This document shows, one piece after another, positions 53,782-62,457 of a stretch of DNA of 64,000 bases; position 1 is the first letter of the stretch, and each line of letters starts with the position of its first letter. The stretch spans positions 29,062-93,061 of the forward strand of contig CAVTLU010000010.1 in NCBI GenBank assembly GCA_963735545.1, given 5' to 3'. A program made the translations under genes and the position numbers. The notes beneath the pieces were generated by a model. The model had not been told where the DNA came from. It ran no database searches and saw only the letters and a list, made by a program, of their open reading frames with translations. The DNA is from an uncultured Acidobacteriaceae bacterium. GTDB lineage: Bacteria > Acidobacteriota > Terriglobia > Terriglobales > Acidobacteriaceae.

Positions 53782-55032
53782 TTACGCGGAGAGAGTCGCC
53801 AGCGTCTCCGCGAGAACAAGCGTCCCGCGGGCGATGTCTTCAGGTGACGCGTATTCGTCGGGACGATGGCTGTAACCGCCACGGCAAGGAATGAACAACA
53901 TCCCGGTCGGAGCGATGCGCGACATGAAGAGCGAGTCGTGATAGGCGCGGCTGGGCACGGCTAGATACTTCAGTCCATGCTTTTCGCACGCTCGAGAAAG
54001 TGCCGCGACCACAGCCTCGCCGCAAGTGGCGGGCGCGTCCGAGTTCAGCATTTCGATGAGGATCGCGACATTCCGTCGCGAAGAGATCGCATGTACCGCA
54101 CTTTCAATTTTCTGCATGGCTCGATCACGTCTCTCCGCATCCGTGTCGCGGATATCGATGCTGAGACGAACCCTGCTTGGAATGCTGTTAACCGCCCCCG
54201 GAAACACGTCGCAAATGCCAACGGTCGCCACCGTGTCGGGAGCTCCACTGGTTCTGGCAGCGTCCTCAACCGCTAGGACTAGTTCCGCTGCGGCGCACAA
54301 GGCATCGCGGCGGCCCGGCATCAGAACCCCGCCCGCGTGTCCGCCTGCACCTTCGAGCGTGACGCGAAAGCTGGCCGGCGCGGCAATGTTCGTAACCACT
54401 CCGAGAGGAATCTGCTCGCGCTCCAGCAACGGCCCCTGTTCGATGTGCAACTCGACAAACCCTCGGTAATAACCCCACGTCAGCTTTACTTCTTCCAAGT
54501 CTCCGCGAAATCCGGCGCCACGTCGAACGTCTTCCAACGATGCACCATCGTTATCTTTCAGTTTCCGCGCCGCCTCGGGAGAAGTGCTCCCGCAAAGCAT
54601 GCGGCTGCCCAAACACCCAAGCCCAAAGCGCGTCGGCTCTTCCGAAGTAAAGACCAGTAGCTCGATCGAGTTCCTGGGACGAAATCCGCTCGCTTGTAAC
54701 GCCCGGATTGCTTCCAGGCCGCCGAGCACTCCGACGACACCATCGTACTTTCCAGCGTTCGGAATCGCATCGATGTGCGAACCGGTTCCAACCGCCGGCG
54801 CTGCGGGATCCAATCCACTCCATCGGGCAAACGTATTGCCGATGGCATCCTGCCGTACGGTAAGCCCGGCCGCCTCGCAGCGTGTTTTGAGCCAGGCTCG
54901 AGCCTTGAGATCGGCGGGAGAGAAAACGATTCGCGTCACGGCGGGAGTCTCGGCGTCAGAAATCGAAGCCAACTCCTCGATCTCAGCGAGCAAGCGATCC
55001 TGATTAACGCTCACGGTCATCATGCTATTCAT
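53782..55032 (-). CDS. M20-family amidohydrolase (ureidoglycolate amidohydrolase or allantoate amidohydrolase paralogue)
   Basis: 416 aa. GNTFARW.G, GSHIDA.PN.G.YDG..GVL.GLE, and FTSEEP.RFG......GSR. are typical of the AllC/AmaB subfamily. It overlaps the upstream gene by 8 nt. Confidence 0.8.
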   Translation of the reverse strand: MNSMMTVSVNQDRLLAEIEELASISDAETPAVTRIVFSPADLKARAWLKTRCEAAGLTVRQDAIGNTFARWSGLDPAAPAVGTGSHIDAIPNAGKYDGVVGVLGGLEAIRALQASGFRPRNSIELLVFTSEEPTRFGLGCLGSRMLCGSTSPEAARKLKDNDGASLEDVRRGAGFRGDLEEVKLTWGYYRGFVELHIEQGPLLEREQIPLGVVTNIAAPASFRVTLEGAGGHAGGVLMPGRRDALCAAAELVLAVEDAARTSGAPDTVATVGICDVFPGAVNSIPSRVRLSIDIRDTDAERRDRAMQKIESAVHAISSRRNVAILIEMLNSDAPATCGEAVVAALSRACEKHGLKYLAVPSRAYHDSLFMSRIAPTGMLFIPCRGGYSHRPDEYASPEDIARGTLVLAETLATLSA

Positions 55033-55774
55033 CGCCGCGTGGCGCCGATGGGTGACGATTCCAGTCTTTGTAGATCAGATATTTGGCGGGAATCTTGCCC
55101 AGCGCTCCGAACCACTGCGGACACCACGGTCCCATCCAGATGAAGTCGCCCGCCGTGACTGGATACCAAGAATCGCCCAGCCTGTAGATGCCGCCGCCTT
55201 CGAGCATGATGAGCCCATGTTCCATAACGTGCATCTCGACCATGCTGAGCGCTGCGCCTGGCTGGTAGACCATGGTGTTGACGGCAAAATCAAAACTCAT
55301 CGTATCGGGCAGCAGGTACTTGACCTGCAAGCCGGGATCATCGCCGAGCGGATGCGAAGGAACTGCGTCTTCATTCGAAACAATCACGCGCGGTGGCTCG
55401 ACCGATTCCAGCAACTGATATTGTTTTTCGATCACGGCCACCCTGCTCGCCTTCGCAGCCACGACCCGATGCGGCGAGCCCTCAGGCAGGTAAGCGTAAC
55501 CGCGCGCGCCAAGTTCGCTCTGCTTACCTTCGACATCCAAACTCACAGCGCCGGCGATCACAAAGATAAAACGCTGGGCAGACGTATTGCCTAGCTCACC
55601 GCCAGCCTCGAACTCGGCCGTGTACTGCGCGAATCTCGCGCCCAGCGCGGGGCCGGCGTGCACGATCGCAGAGCATTTCTTCATCCCCGGCAGAGTGTTG
55701 CGCACGAAAGTGTCGGGCGTGAGCAGAAGATGATTGGCTTGTTGACGGCTTCGAGTCTCCCCGAGATTATGCAC
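55025..55774 (-). CDS. (S)-ureidoglycine aminohydrolase (bicupin)
   Basis: The frame of ORF 55025..55861, with the likely GTG start at 55774 overlapping the upstream stop. It has a two-cupin architecture. The C-terminal E.G.......G.Y.L......V..GD.IWM....PQ.F...G...A.YL.YKD.NR is characteristic of UGlyAH/AllE. Confidence 0.78.
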   Translation of the reverse strand: MHNLGETRSRQQANHLLLTPDTFVRNTLPGMKKCSAIVHAGPALGARFAQYTAEFEAGGELGNTSAQRFIFVIAGAVSLDVEGKQSELGARGYAYLPEGSPHRVVAAKASRVAVIEKQYQLLESVEPPRVIVSNEDAVPSHPLGDDPGLQVKYLLPDTMSFDFAVNTMVYQPGAALSMVEMHVMEHGLIMLEGGGIYRLGDSWYPVTAGDFIWMGPWCPQWFGALGKIPAKYLIYKDWNRHPSAPRGDE

Positions 55775-57041
55775 GCGATATCCTTTTTTGAAGTTCTGGA
55801 ATTGCGGCCAGCTGATCCAGCAAATGCATACCGCACTCGATAGCCTTGGCCACATCGTCAACTGAAACTGACTCGTCGGGATGATGACTGATTCCCCCCG
55901 GAGTCCGCAGAAAAATCATGGCAGCGGGAACGCACTCAGCAAGAATCATGGAATCATGGCCGGCGCCGCTGACCATCCGATAGGGCTCACAGCCTGATGT
56001 TCGAATGGCCTCCACAATTTGTTCGACGAGAAACGGGCTCATCGTGACCGCCGGCTGGTCAATGAGAGCGTGATATGCCGCGGTCAAGCCGCGCCGCGCC
56101 GCGATCATCTCAGCATGTTGAATCAGATTCTGCACCGCGCGCGCGCGAACTTCGTTGGCCTTGTGACGCACGTCCAGCGTGAGACGAGCCTCTCCGGCGA
56201 TCACATTGGCCGCGCCCGGCTTCGCTTCGACCTTGCCCACAGTCGCTACCAGGCCCTCCACGTGGTGAGCCAACTGCTCGACCACGGTGATCCACTCAGC
56301 GGCAGCCGCAACAGCGTCCGCCCGTAAATGCATCGGAGTCGTTCCCGCGTGACCGGCTCTGCCCGTGAATGTCATGTCTAGCCGGCTTTGCCCGGCAATC
56401 GCGTCGACCGCTCCCAGCGGTAGTCCCAGTGCCTCCAGTACCGGTCCCTGCTCGATGTGAAACTCAACGTACCCAGCAATGTCGTCTTGCAAGGCAGCTT
56501 GCGGTAGGTCGGACAGATTCAGTCCGAACTGCTCGATCGCCTTCTGCACGGAGATACCATCCGCATCCTCTTGCCGCAAAAGTTCCTCATCCAGCCTGCC
56601 TATGAGTGCCCGGCTGCCAATGAAAGGGACGCCGAAGCGAACTCCCTCTTCTTCGGAGAAACCGACTACCTCAATTCCAAACGGAAGCTTGTGGCCGTTC
56701 AAGGCCTCCAACAACGCGATGGCCAACACCACGCCAAGGACGCCGTCGTACGCCCCCGCATTTGGAACGGTGTCGAGATGCGACCCAAACAGCAATCGTG
56801 GTGCATTGGATTCTGACCCGGAATAGAGCGCCCGCAGGTTCCCAGCCGCGTCCACTCTGACCTTGGCTCCCAACGGTTCAATCCAGCTTGAAATTTCCCG
56901 ATGGCAGTCACGCATGGGCGCAGAGAGAAATGTGCGGCACAAGCTGCCGGAATGTTCGCTAAAACTCGCCAGCTTCTGGCAGCGGGCTATGACCTCTCGG
57001 GCACGGGCGCAGCTATCGATATTGGCTGCAATCCGACTCAT
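55767..57041 (-). CDS. allC: Allantoate amidohydrolase-type M20 hydrolase
   Basis: 424 aa. AGNL.A.Y.G, GSHLDTVPNAG.YDG.LGV...I, and GFSEEEGVRFG.PF.GSRA. ATGA overlap with the uricase stop. Confidence 0.8.
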   Translation of the reverse strand: MSRIAANIDSCARAREVIARCQKLASFSEHSGSLCRTFLSAPMRDCHREISSWIEPLGAKVRVDAAGNLRALYSGSESNAPRLLFGSHLDTVPNAGAYDGVLGVVLAIALLEALNGHKLPFGIEVVGFSEEEGVRFGVPFIGSRALIGRLDEELLRQEDADGISVQKAIEQFGLNLSDLPQAALQDDIAGYVEFHIEQGPVLEALGLPLGAVDAIAGQSRLDMTFTGRAGHAGTTPMHLRADAVAAAAEWITVVEQLAHHVEGLVATVGKVEAKPGAANVIAGEARLTLDVRHKANEVRARAVQNLIQHAEMIAARRGLTAAYHALIDQPAVTMSPFLVEQIVEAIRTSGCEPYRMVSGAGHDSMILAECVPAAMIFLRTPGGISHHPDESVSVDDVAKAIECGMHLLDQLAAIPELQKRISRA

Positions 57042-57886
57042 CCCTGGCGACGCAAGCGCGCCTCAATATAGCCATGCGGCTCGTCGGTCGGCACAAAGAC
57101 TTCGTTGCGATTCTCTTGCCCAAAGCGAGAGAGATCCACAAGCAAGCAATGCCGGTTCGGCATCGTCAATTCGATATCTTCAACCTCGGACTCGTTTTCC
57201 AGCACCGCCTCACCCATGGCATAAAGCGTGTGCTGTACCGACTTGCTCACGTGCTCCGCGAACACAGAAAGCAGGATGTCGCGGATCTTCGCGCGCGAGG
57301 CGGCAAACGGTAGATCGGCCTTCGAGTATCGCCAATTCGCGCGAACCGCGGTGCCGAATAGACGGTCATCGGTTGGCGGGAGCGTCGTGAGCGAATCTTG
57401 GATGAATCCCTCGAATCCTGACGCAGCCGTCTTCATTACAACCAGGTTGTCGAACCCGGAGGAAATGGAAAAGGCGCCAGCCTGAACTCGCGTAATGCTA
57501 GCGGTTTGGCATTCGCCGCTTGATTGCACGAAAGTGGTTGGGTGAGGCTTTCCGCTGGTATTGAGATGCTCCCAGGCTTTTTCTGACAAGGAAACTTCTG
57601 CTCGCGAAACCTGGGGATTACGAGTGAGTAGAAAATCAATCAGATCTTTGCCAAATTCTTCTATGTATTCGGCCTGGGAATTCTTGGCCAGAGCGTAAAC
57701 CGTATTCTTCATCGTGTCCGTGGGAAGAATCTTGCTGTTGTCGCCTTCTTTAAAGCACGACTCGAAGTCGCCTTCCAGCAGTACTTCGATTGTCCACTCG
57801 CGAAAGTCGTGCCAGCCGGGCTTCCGCCGTACTCGCACCAAACGTACCCGCGACTTCCCGTATTTGTTTTCAGCCAAGACGATCAT
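57038..57886 (-). CDS. Urate oxidase (cofactor-independent uricase)
   Basis: 282 aa. YGK..VR..RV.R......+......V.L.GDF..+...GDN..++.TDT.KNTVY is the uricase signature at the N-terminus. Confidence 0.92.
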   Translation of the reverse strand: MIVLAENKYGKSRVRLVRVRRKPGWHDFREWTIEVLLEGDFESCFKEGDNSKILPTDTMKNTVYALAKNSQAEYIEEFGKDLIDFLLTRNPQVSRAEVSLSEKAWEHLNTSGKPHPTTFVQSSGECQTASITRVQAGAFSISSGFDNLVVMKTAASGFEGFIQDSLTTLPPTDDRLFGTAVRANWRYSKADLPFAASRAKIRDILLSVFAEHVSKSVQHTLYAMGEAVLENESEVEDIELTMPNRHCLLVDLSRFGQENRNEVFVPTDEPHGYIEARLRRQG

Positions 57887-57892
57887 GGATTT

Positions 57893-58237
57893 TCAACTTC
57901 CCCGGTAAGTAGTGAATCCATTGGCGCTCAACAGCACCGGGATATGAAAGCTCTCCTCGTTCTCTCGCACCAGAAACGTAATCTCCACCTGCGGATACAG
58001 CCCGCTCATCTGTTGTGCAGCGTAGTAACCGGCGGTATCGAAGCTCAGGCGGTAAGACCCCGGAGACAACGCTTCACTCGCAGGCAGCAATTGCGCGCAG
58101 CGTCCATCGTGATCGGTACGCGCGGAAGCCAACGGTCGCCAGTCGCCGGATGCCTCGCGCCGCTCCAGCTTTACCGGAACGTCTACGGCCGGCTTTCCCA
58201 AGCCCAGATCCAGCACGTGCGTCGAGATGCGCTTCAT
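57893..58237 (-). CDS. uraH: 5-hydroxyisourate hydrolase (transthyretin-like)
   Basis: ISTHVLD...G.PA..V.V.L, and the C-terminal HIPVLLS..G.TTYRGS tetrapeptide signature YRGS. The ATG at 58237 overlaps the upstream stop (ATGA); an in-frame ATG at 58249 is also possible. Confidence 0.9.
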   Translation of the reverse strand: MKRISTHVLDLGLGKPAVDVPVKLERREASGDWRPLASARTDHDGRCAQLLPASEALSPGSYRLSFDTAGYYAAQQMSGLYPQVEITFLVRENEESFHIPVLLSANGFTTYRGS

Positions 58238-59616
58238 GCTGTCAGCCATTTCTTCAGGCGGATCTGCGTAATTTGACGTTGCTGCTCGGCGGCTTCTTTT
58301 AGTTCGGTCTGGGCGTCATTCCCCAGCCTGCATTGAATAATTTCCAACATCTCGGCCGCCGATTTCCCAGTCGCACACACGATGAAGACGTGATCGAACC
58401 GCCGCTCATATTCCCGATTCGCTTCCGCCAACGCGATCTTAACAGCATCGTCGGCTGCGGCAACCTCCCGCTGCTCTTGCGCGGACCATCTTCTGGACTG
58501 CGCCGTGGCGGACTCCGGCGTCCGCGACTCGCCGATGCGAGGATGACTGGAGAAGGCTTCCATCCAATCCGATTCAGTCAATCCGCGCCACACCTCGTCA
58601 GACGCAGACAAAAGAGAAGCTTCATCCGCAAGCGGTCTTCGCCTCACGAGCGCGCGAGCCCAGGCTTTTGAGCCGCAGCAAGGCGAAATCTCACTCGCCG
58701 CTTCGCGGCCCGGCAGAGAGTTCCATCGCGCTAGAACTGCGTTGGCTTTTCCCTGCGCAGCGAGCGTTTCGAGAAACTCCACCACCAGATTTCCGGCGAC
58801 GACGGCGCGATACTTCGCGGTAGATCGAATATCGTCAATAGGCCGAATCTCCGCCTGCGCCGTCTTTCTTGCAAGATTCAGGAGAGCCGGCTCAAGGAGT
58901 CTTCCGTTCAGCATCCGCTCCGTCTCGGTCAAGCGAAGCGGAATAGGCGCCACGCTTCCGCAAGCAATCCGGACATCCTCAATCGCTTCCTCTTTGAGCC
59001 GCGCCAGAGCCGCCACGCATACTTTAGAGATAGCCTGCGCGTTACGCGCTCCGACCTTGCGCGCGTAGGAAACATAACCGGAGAATCGCCGCGGAATACA
59101 GACGGCCTGAATCAATTCATCGGGCGCCAGTTTCGTCTGCTTATAACCGACGTGGAAACTCGTGTAAGGCAACCGGCGCTCGCCGCGAACCGACACCAGA
59201 AGCAACTCCGCTTCATAAGCCAGCAGCGCAGGCAATGAATCCGCTGCCGGCGATGCGTTCACGATGTTGCCACCCAACGTGCCGCGATTCTGGTTCGCAA
59301 TCCCGCCCGTCCACCGCGCTGCGCTGGCCAACAGCGGGAACTCATTTCTCACTACCGGATGGTCGCGCAGATTTGTGTACGTCGAGCCAGCGCCCAACCT
59401 GACCTCTTCTGCGGTTACGTCAATCCGCCGAAGCTCGGGGAGATTCCAGATGCTGACCAGCTTGCGCGCGGGAAGTCTCCCCGCCGCATACTGCACCATC
59501 ACATCCGTACCGCCGGCAATGGGGAGCCACGCGCCCGGGTCCTTATTCAATAGCGACACGACGGCTTGCAGACTCTCAGGCGCGACCAGATCGTACTCTG
59601 CCGGGTCCGATCTCAT
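58234..59616 (-). CDS. Fusion protein: xanthine dehydrogenase FAD-binding (CoxM/XdhB-like) subunit + OHCU decarboxylase
   Basis: 460 aa from ATG 59616 (ATGA overlap). Residues about 1-290 carry PIAGGTD..V, RGT.GGN..NASPA.D..PALLA and IDD.R.TA.YR, marking the FAD/CO-dehydrogenase flavoprotein domain. Residues about 295-460 carry CCGS..WA, DWMEAFSSHPRIGE, WSAQEQ, Y..RF..VFIVCATGKSA.EML and RL.N, marking OHCU decarboxylase. Confidence 0.85.
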   Translation of the reverse strand: MRSDPAEYDLVAPESLQAVVSLLNKDPGAWLPIAGGTDVMVQYAAGRLPARKLVSIWNLPELRRIDVTAEEVRLGAGSTYTNLRDHPVVRNEFPLLASAARWTGGIANQNRGTLGGNIVNASPAADSLPALLAYEAELLLVSVRGERRLPYTSFHVGYKQTKLAPDELIQAVCIPRRFSGYVSYARKVGARNAQAISKVCVAALARLKEEAIEDVRIACGSVAPIPLRLTETERMLNGRLLEPALLNLARKTAQAEIRPIDDIRSTAKYRAVVAGNLVVEFLETLAAQGKANAVLARWNSLPGREAASEISPCCGSKAWARALVRRRPLADEASLLSASDEVWRGLTESDWMEAFSSHPRIGESRTPESATAQSRRWSAQEQREVAAADDAVKIALAEANREYERRFDHVFIVCATGKSAAEMLEIIQCRLGNDAQTELKEAAEQQRQITQIRLKKWLTA

Positions 59617-60110
59617 GCGGCTTCCCGGCGCCGTGCGGCTTCCGCCACAGCCTCGAAGATTTGCATGTACCCAGTACAGCGGCAAAGATTGCCTGACAAT
59701 CCTTCGCGTATTTCATCCATCGTCGGCTCAGGTCTCCGCTTCAACAAATGCACGGCCGCCAAAATCATCCCTGGAGTGCAGATGCCGCACTGTGCGCCGC
59801 CGCACTGCAGAAACGCCTGCTGCAATGCATGCAACGCCGGGCCCTCAGCCAATCCCTCGATCGTAGTAAGGTTAGCGCCCTTCGCCTGGAGGGCCGGAAC
59901 CAGGCAGCTATTCACCAACTCGCCGTCCATCAAGATCGAACACGAGCCACACTCGCCTTCGCCGCATCCTTCCTTTACGCCATTCAATCCAAGATCCTGC
60001 CGCAGAACATCCAACAACCGCGCCATCGGATACACCTGCACCGTCTTCAACCCGCCATTAACGGTAAATGAAAGCTCGCATTGGGGACGATGCTCCAAGG
60101 CCGGGGTCAC
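59613..60110 (-). CDS. Xanthine dehydrogenase family [2Fe-2S] small subunit
   Basis: 165 aa. GCGEGECGSCS and CG.C.PG...A plus C.RC.GY cluster motifs. GTG start with GTGA overlap. Confidence 0.92.
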   Translation of the reverse strand: MTPALEHRPQCELSFTVNGGLKTVQVYPMARLLDVLRQDLGLNGVKEGCGEGECGSCSILMDGELVNSCLVPALQAKGANLTTIEGLAEGPALHALQQAFLQCGGAQCGICTPGMILAAVHLLKRRPEPTMDEIREGLSGNLCRCTGYMQIFEAVAEAARRREAA

Positions 60111-62386
60111 CGCACTCCTTGGAGAGCGACTTCGCCGTCAATCGGGCAGAGCGCCGCGAAAACATCTTCCGGCAGCAATGGGATCGTATCGAAGCGAACT
60201 CCGAGCGCGTCTTCGACCGCATTCACAATCGCCGGAGCCGGCCCGTCCATGGGGAGTTCGCCGATTCCCTTCGCGCCAAACGCGCCGTGAATATTCCCCA
60301 ACTCCTCAAAGTAGACGCGAATTGGCGGCAGATCGGCCGAAGTCGGCATGATGTAATTCGTCATCTGATTGTTCTGCATCCGTCCATTCTGCCAAACAAC
60401 TTTCTCATACAGCGCGTATCCGATGCCCTGCGCAACACCGCCGGCAATTTGCCCTTTGGCCAGCACCGGGTGCAGAACCTTGCCGATCTCTTGTAGCGCA
60501 ACAAAGTCATTCACGGTAACACTATAAGTCGTAAGATCCACCGTGACCTCGGCCACGTAAATCGCCCACGCAAATGTCGCGTAGGCCTCGCCTCGATACT
60601 TCTTATCATCCCAGAAAACCCCGCTGGGCTCCTCAAAACGTGCCAGCGACCGCAACGGCCCGTGTGCAGTGATGTAGTCACGGCAGGCCTTGCGAAATTG
60701 CTCAGCGGAGTACGACTCTCTCAGCAGGCCCCGAGCTTTCAAGGTCTGAGCAAGACCAACCGCAGCGGACTGCACCAATTTTCCCACGATCATCGCAGTG
60801 CGCGACGCAACCGTCGGGCCGCTGTTCGGGACGTTCGCAGTATCCGCTTGCGCAATCGATACGTCTTCGTAGCGCAGTCCCAGCGCTTCCGCTGCAATCT
60901 GGCAGAGCACCGTCTTGGTTCCCTGCCCCATCTCGGTGCTTGAAACCAGCACGCGCACGCCTCCGTCCGCGCATCCCTCCACGCCCACCACGGAGCTTAA
61001 ATAACGCTCTCCTGAGCCGGTGAATCCCGCGCCGTGCAAAAAAGCTGCGACGCCAATCCCCGTCTTCTTTTTTCCTGCACCGTTCTCCTTCGCGAAGCGT
61101 TCCTTCTTAGCTTCGTAGCCGGAGAGTTCGAGCGCCCGGTCGAGCAGTTTCCCCAGGTCGATTTCCTCGCGCACCGTTTGTTCGGTAGTGGTGGTTTGCC
61201 CCGGCCGCAAGAAATTTCTGCGGCGTACTTCGATCGGCGAAAGCCCCACCGCATGAGCGATTCGATCCATGTGCCGCTCCATGGCAAACAGGCTTTGTGG
61301 CGCGCCGAAACCGCGGAATGCCCCGTGCGGCGGCACATTGGTGGCTACAGCCTTTCCGTGAATGCGCACGTTCGGCCAGTAGTAAAGACCGCCGGCGTGG
61401 ATGGTCCCGCGCGAAAGGACCACGGACGAGAGCGTTGCATACGCCCCACCATCAATCGTGAAGTCGATTTCGCCGCCCAATATCTTGCCGTCTTTGTCTA
61501 CCGCCGTGCGGTGGCGCGTCCGCGACGGATGCCGTTTCGTGGTCGCCGCCATGTCCTCCATGCGGTCGTAAATTATTTTCACCGGACGCCCCGACTTGAT
61601 CGCCAGCAGCGACGCGTGTCCCGCAATCATCGAGGGATATTCCTCTTTGCCGCCGAAAGCGCCCCCAGTCTCCAGTTGCACCACGCGAACTTTCTCGGCT
61701 GGCAAAGCGCACAGCGCCATCAGTGCCTTCTGCACATAGTAAGGACATTGCAGTGAGCCCCACAGCGTAATTCCATGCTCAGGATCGAAGGCTGCGATCA
61801 CGCCGTTGTTCTCGATGTAAAGCTGCTCCTGTGCGCCGGTCCTATATTCACCTTCGACGATGTAAGCAGCTTTGCTCCAAACGCTATCCACATCGCCCTT
61901 TTCAATCAGATAGCTTTTGAAAGTGTTGTCCGCTCCCCAAATAATCTCTGAGCGCTGCTCGCTTTCTTCGATGGTCAGCACAGCCGGAAGCGTTTCGTAT
62001 TCCACCGACACCGCCTCGACTGCTTTCGCAAGCGCGTGGCGGTCCCTGTGCGCCAGCAACAGAATCGGCTCTTCGGGATGGTTGACTAGTTCACTTGCCA
62101 GGCAGGGCTGGTCATCTACAATCAGCGCGATGTAATTCTTTCCGGGAATATCTTTGGAGGAAACGATGACAAACTCGTCCCACGCAATATCGGCTCCGAA
62201 TGTGATGTTGTTGATTCTTCCCCGCGAAATGCGGCTGCGGACGGTCGCTCCATAAAGCATGTTGGGCAGGGTCATATCATCGACATAACGTGCCTGTCCT
62301 GTGACTTTGCCGTGCCCCTCCTTGCGCGGGACGGATGCGCCGATGATGCGATCAGTTGTCATCCGGTTCTGCGGCCCAGAAAGCAT
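60107..62386 (-). CDS. Xanthine dehydrogenase family molybdopterin-binding large subunit
   Basis: 759 aa. GKVTG.A.Y.DD, ETGGAFGGKEE, GAFRGFG.PQ and a C-terminal GIGE.P... are typical of XDH/aldehyde-oxidase Mo subunits. Confidence 0.9.
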   Translation of the reverse strand: MLSGPQNRMTTDRIIGASVPRKEGHGKVTGQARYVDDMTLPNMLYGATVRSRISRGRINNITFGADIAWDEFVIVSSKDIPGKNYIALIVDDQPCLASELVNHPEEPILLLAHRDRHALAKAVEAVSVEYETLPAVLTIEESEQRSEIIWGADNTFKSYLIEKGDVDSVWSKAAYIVEGEYRTGAQEQLYIENNGVIAAFDPEHGITLWGSLQCPYYVQKALMALCALPAEKVRVVQLETGGAFGGKEEYPSMIAGHASLLAIKSGRPVKIIYDRMEDMAATTKRHPSRTRHRTAVDKDGKILGGEIDFTIDGGAYATLSSVVLSRGTIHAGGLYYWPNVRIHGKAVATNVPPHGAFRGFGAPQSLFAMERHMDRIAHAVGLSPIEVRRRNFLRPGQTTTTEQTVREEIDLGKLLDRALELSGYEAKKERFAKENGAGKKKTGIGVAAFLHGAGFTGSGERYLSSVVGVEGCADGGVRVLVSSTEMGQGTKTVLCQIAAEALGLRYEDVSIAQADTANVPNSGPTVASRTAMIVGKLVQSAAVGLAQTLKARGLLRESYSAEQFRKACRDYITAHGPLRSLARFEEPSGVFWDDKKYRGEAYATFAWAIYVAEVTVDLTTYSVTVNDFVALQEIGKVLHPVLAKGQIAGGVAQGIGYALYEKVVWQNGRMQNNQMTNYIMPTSADLPPIRVYFEELGNIHGAFGAKGIGELPMDGPAPAIVNAVEDALGVRFDTIPLLPEDVFAALCPIDGEVALQGVR

Positions 62387-62457
62387 TTCATCGAGGTCGA
62401 TGGTATTGTCAACGAAAACTCCCCGCCTCGCACAATCGAAAAAAGTTATGAGTTTGA

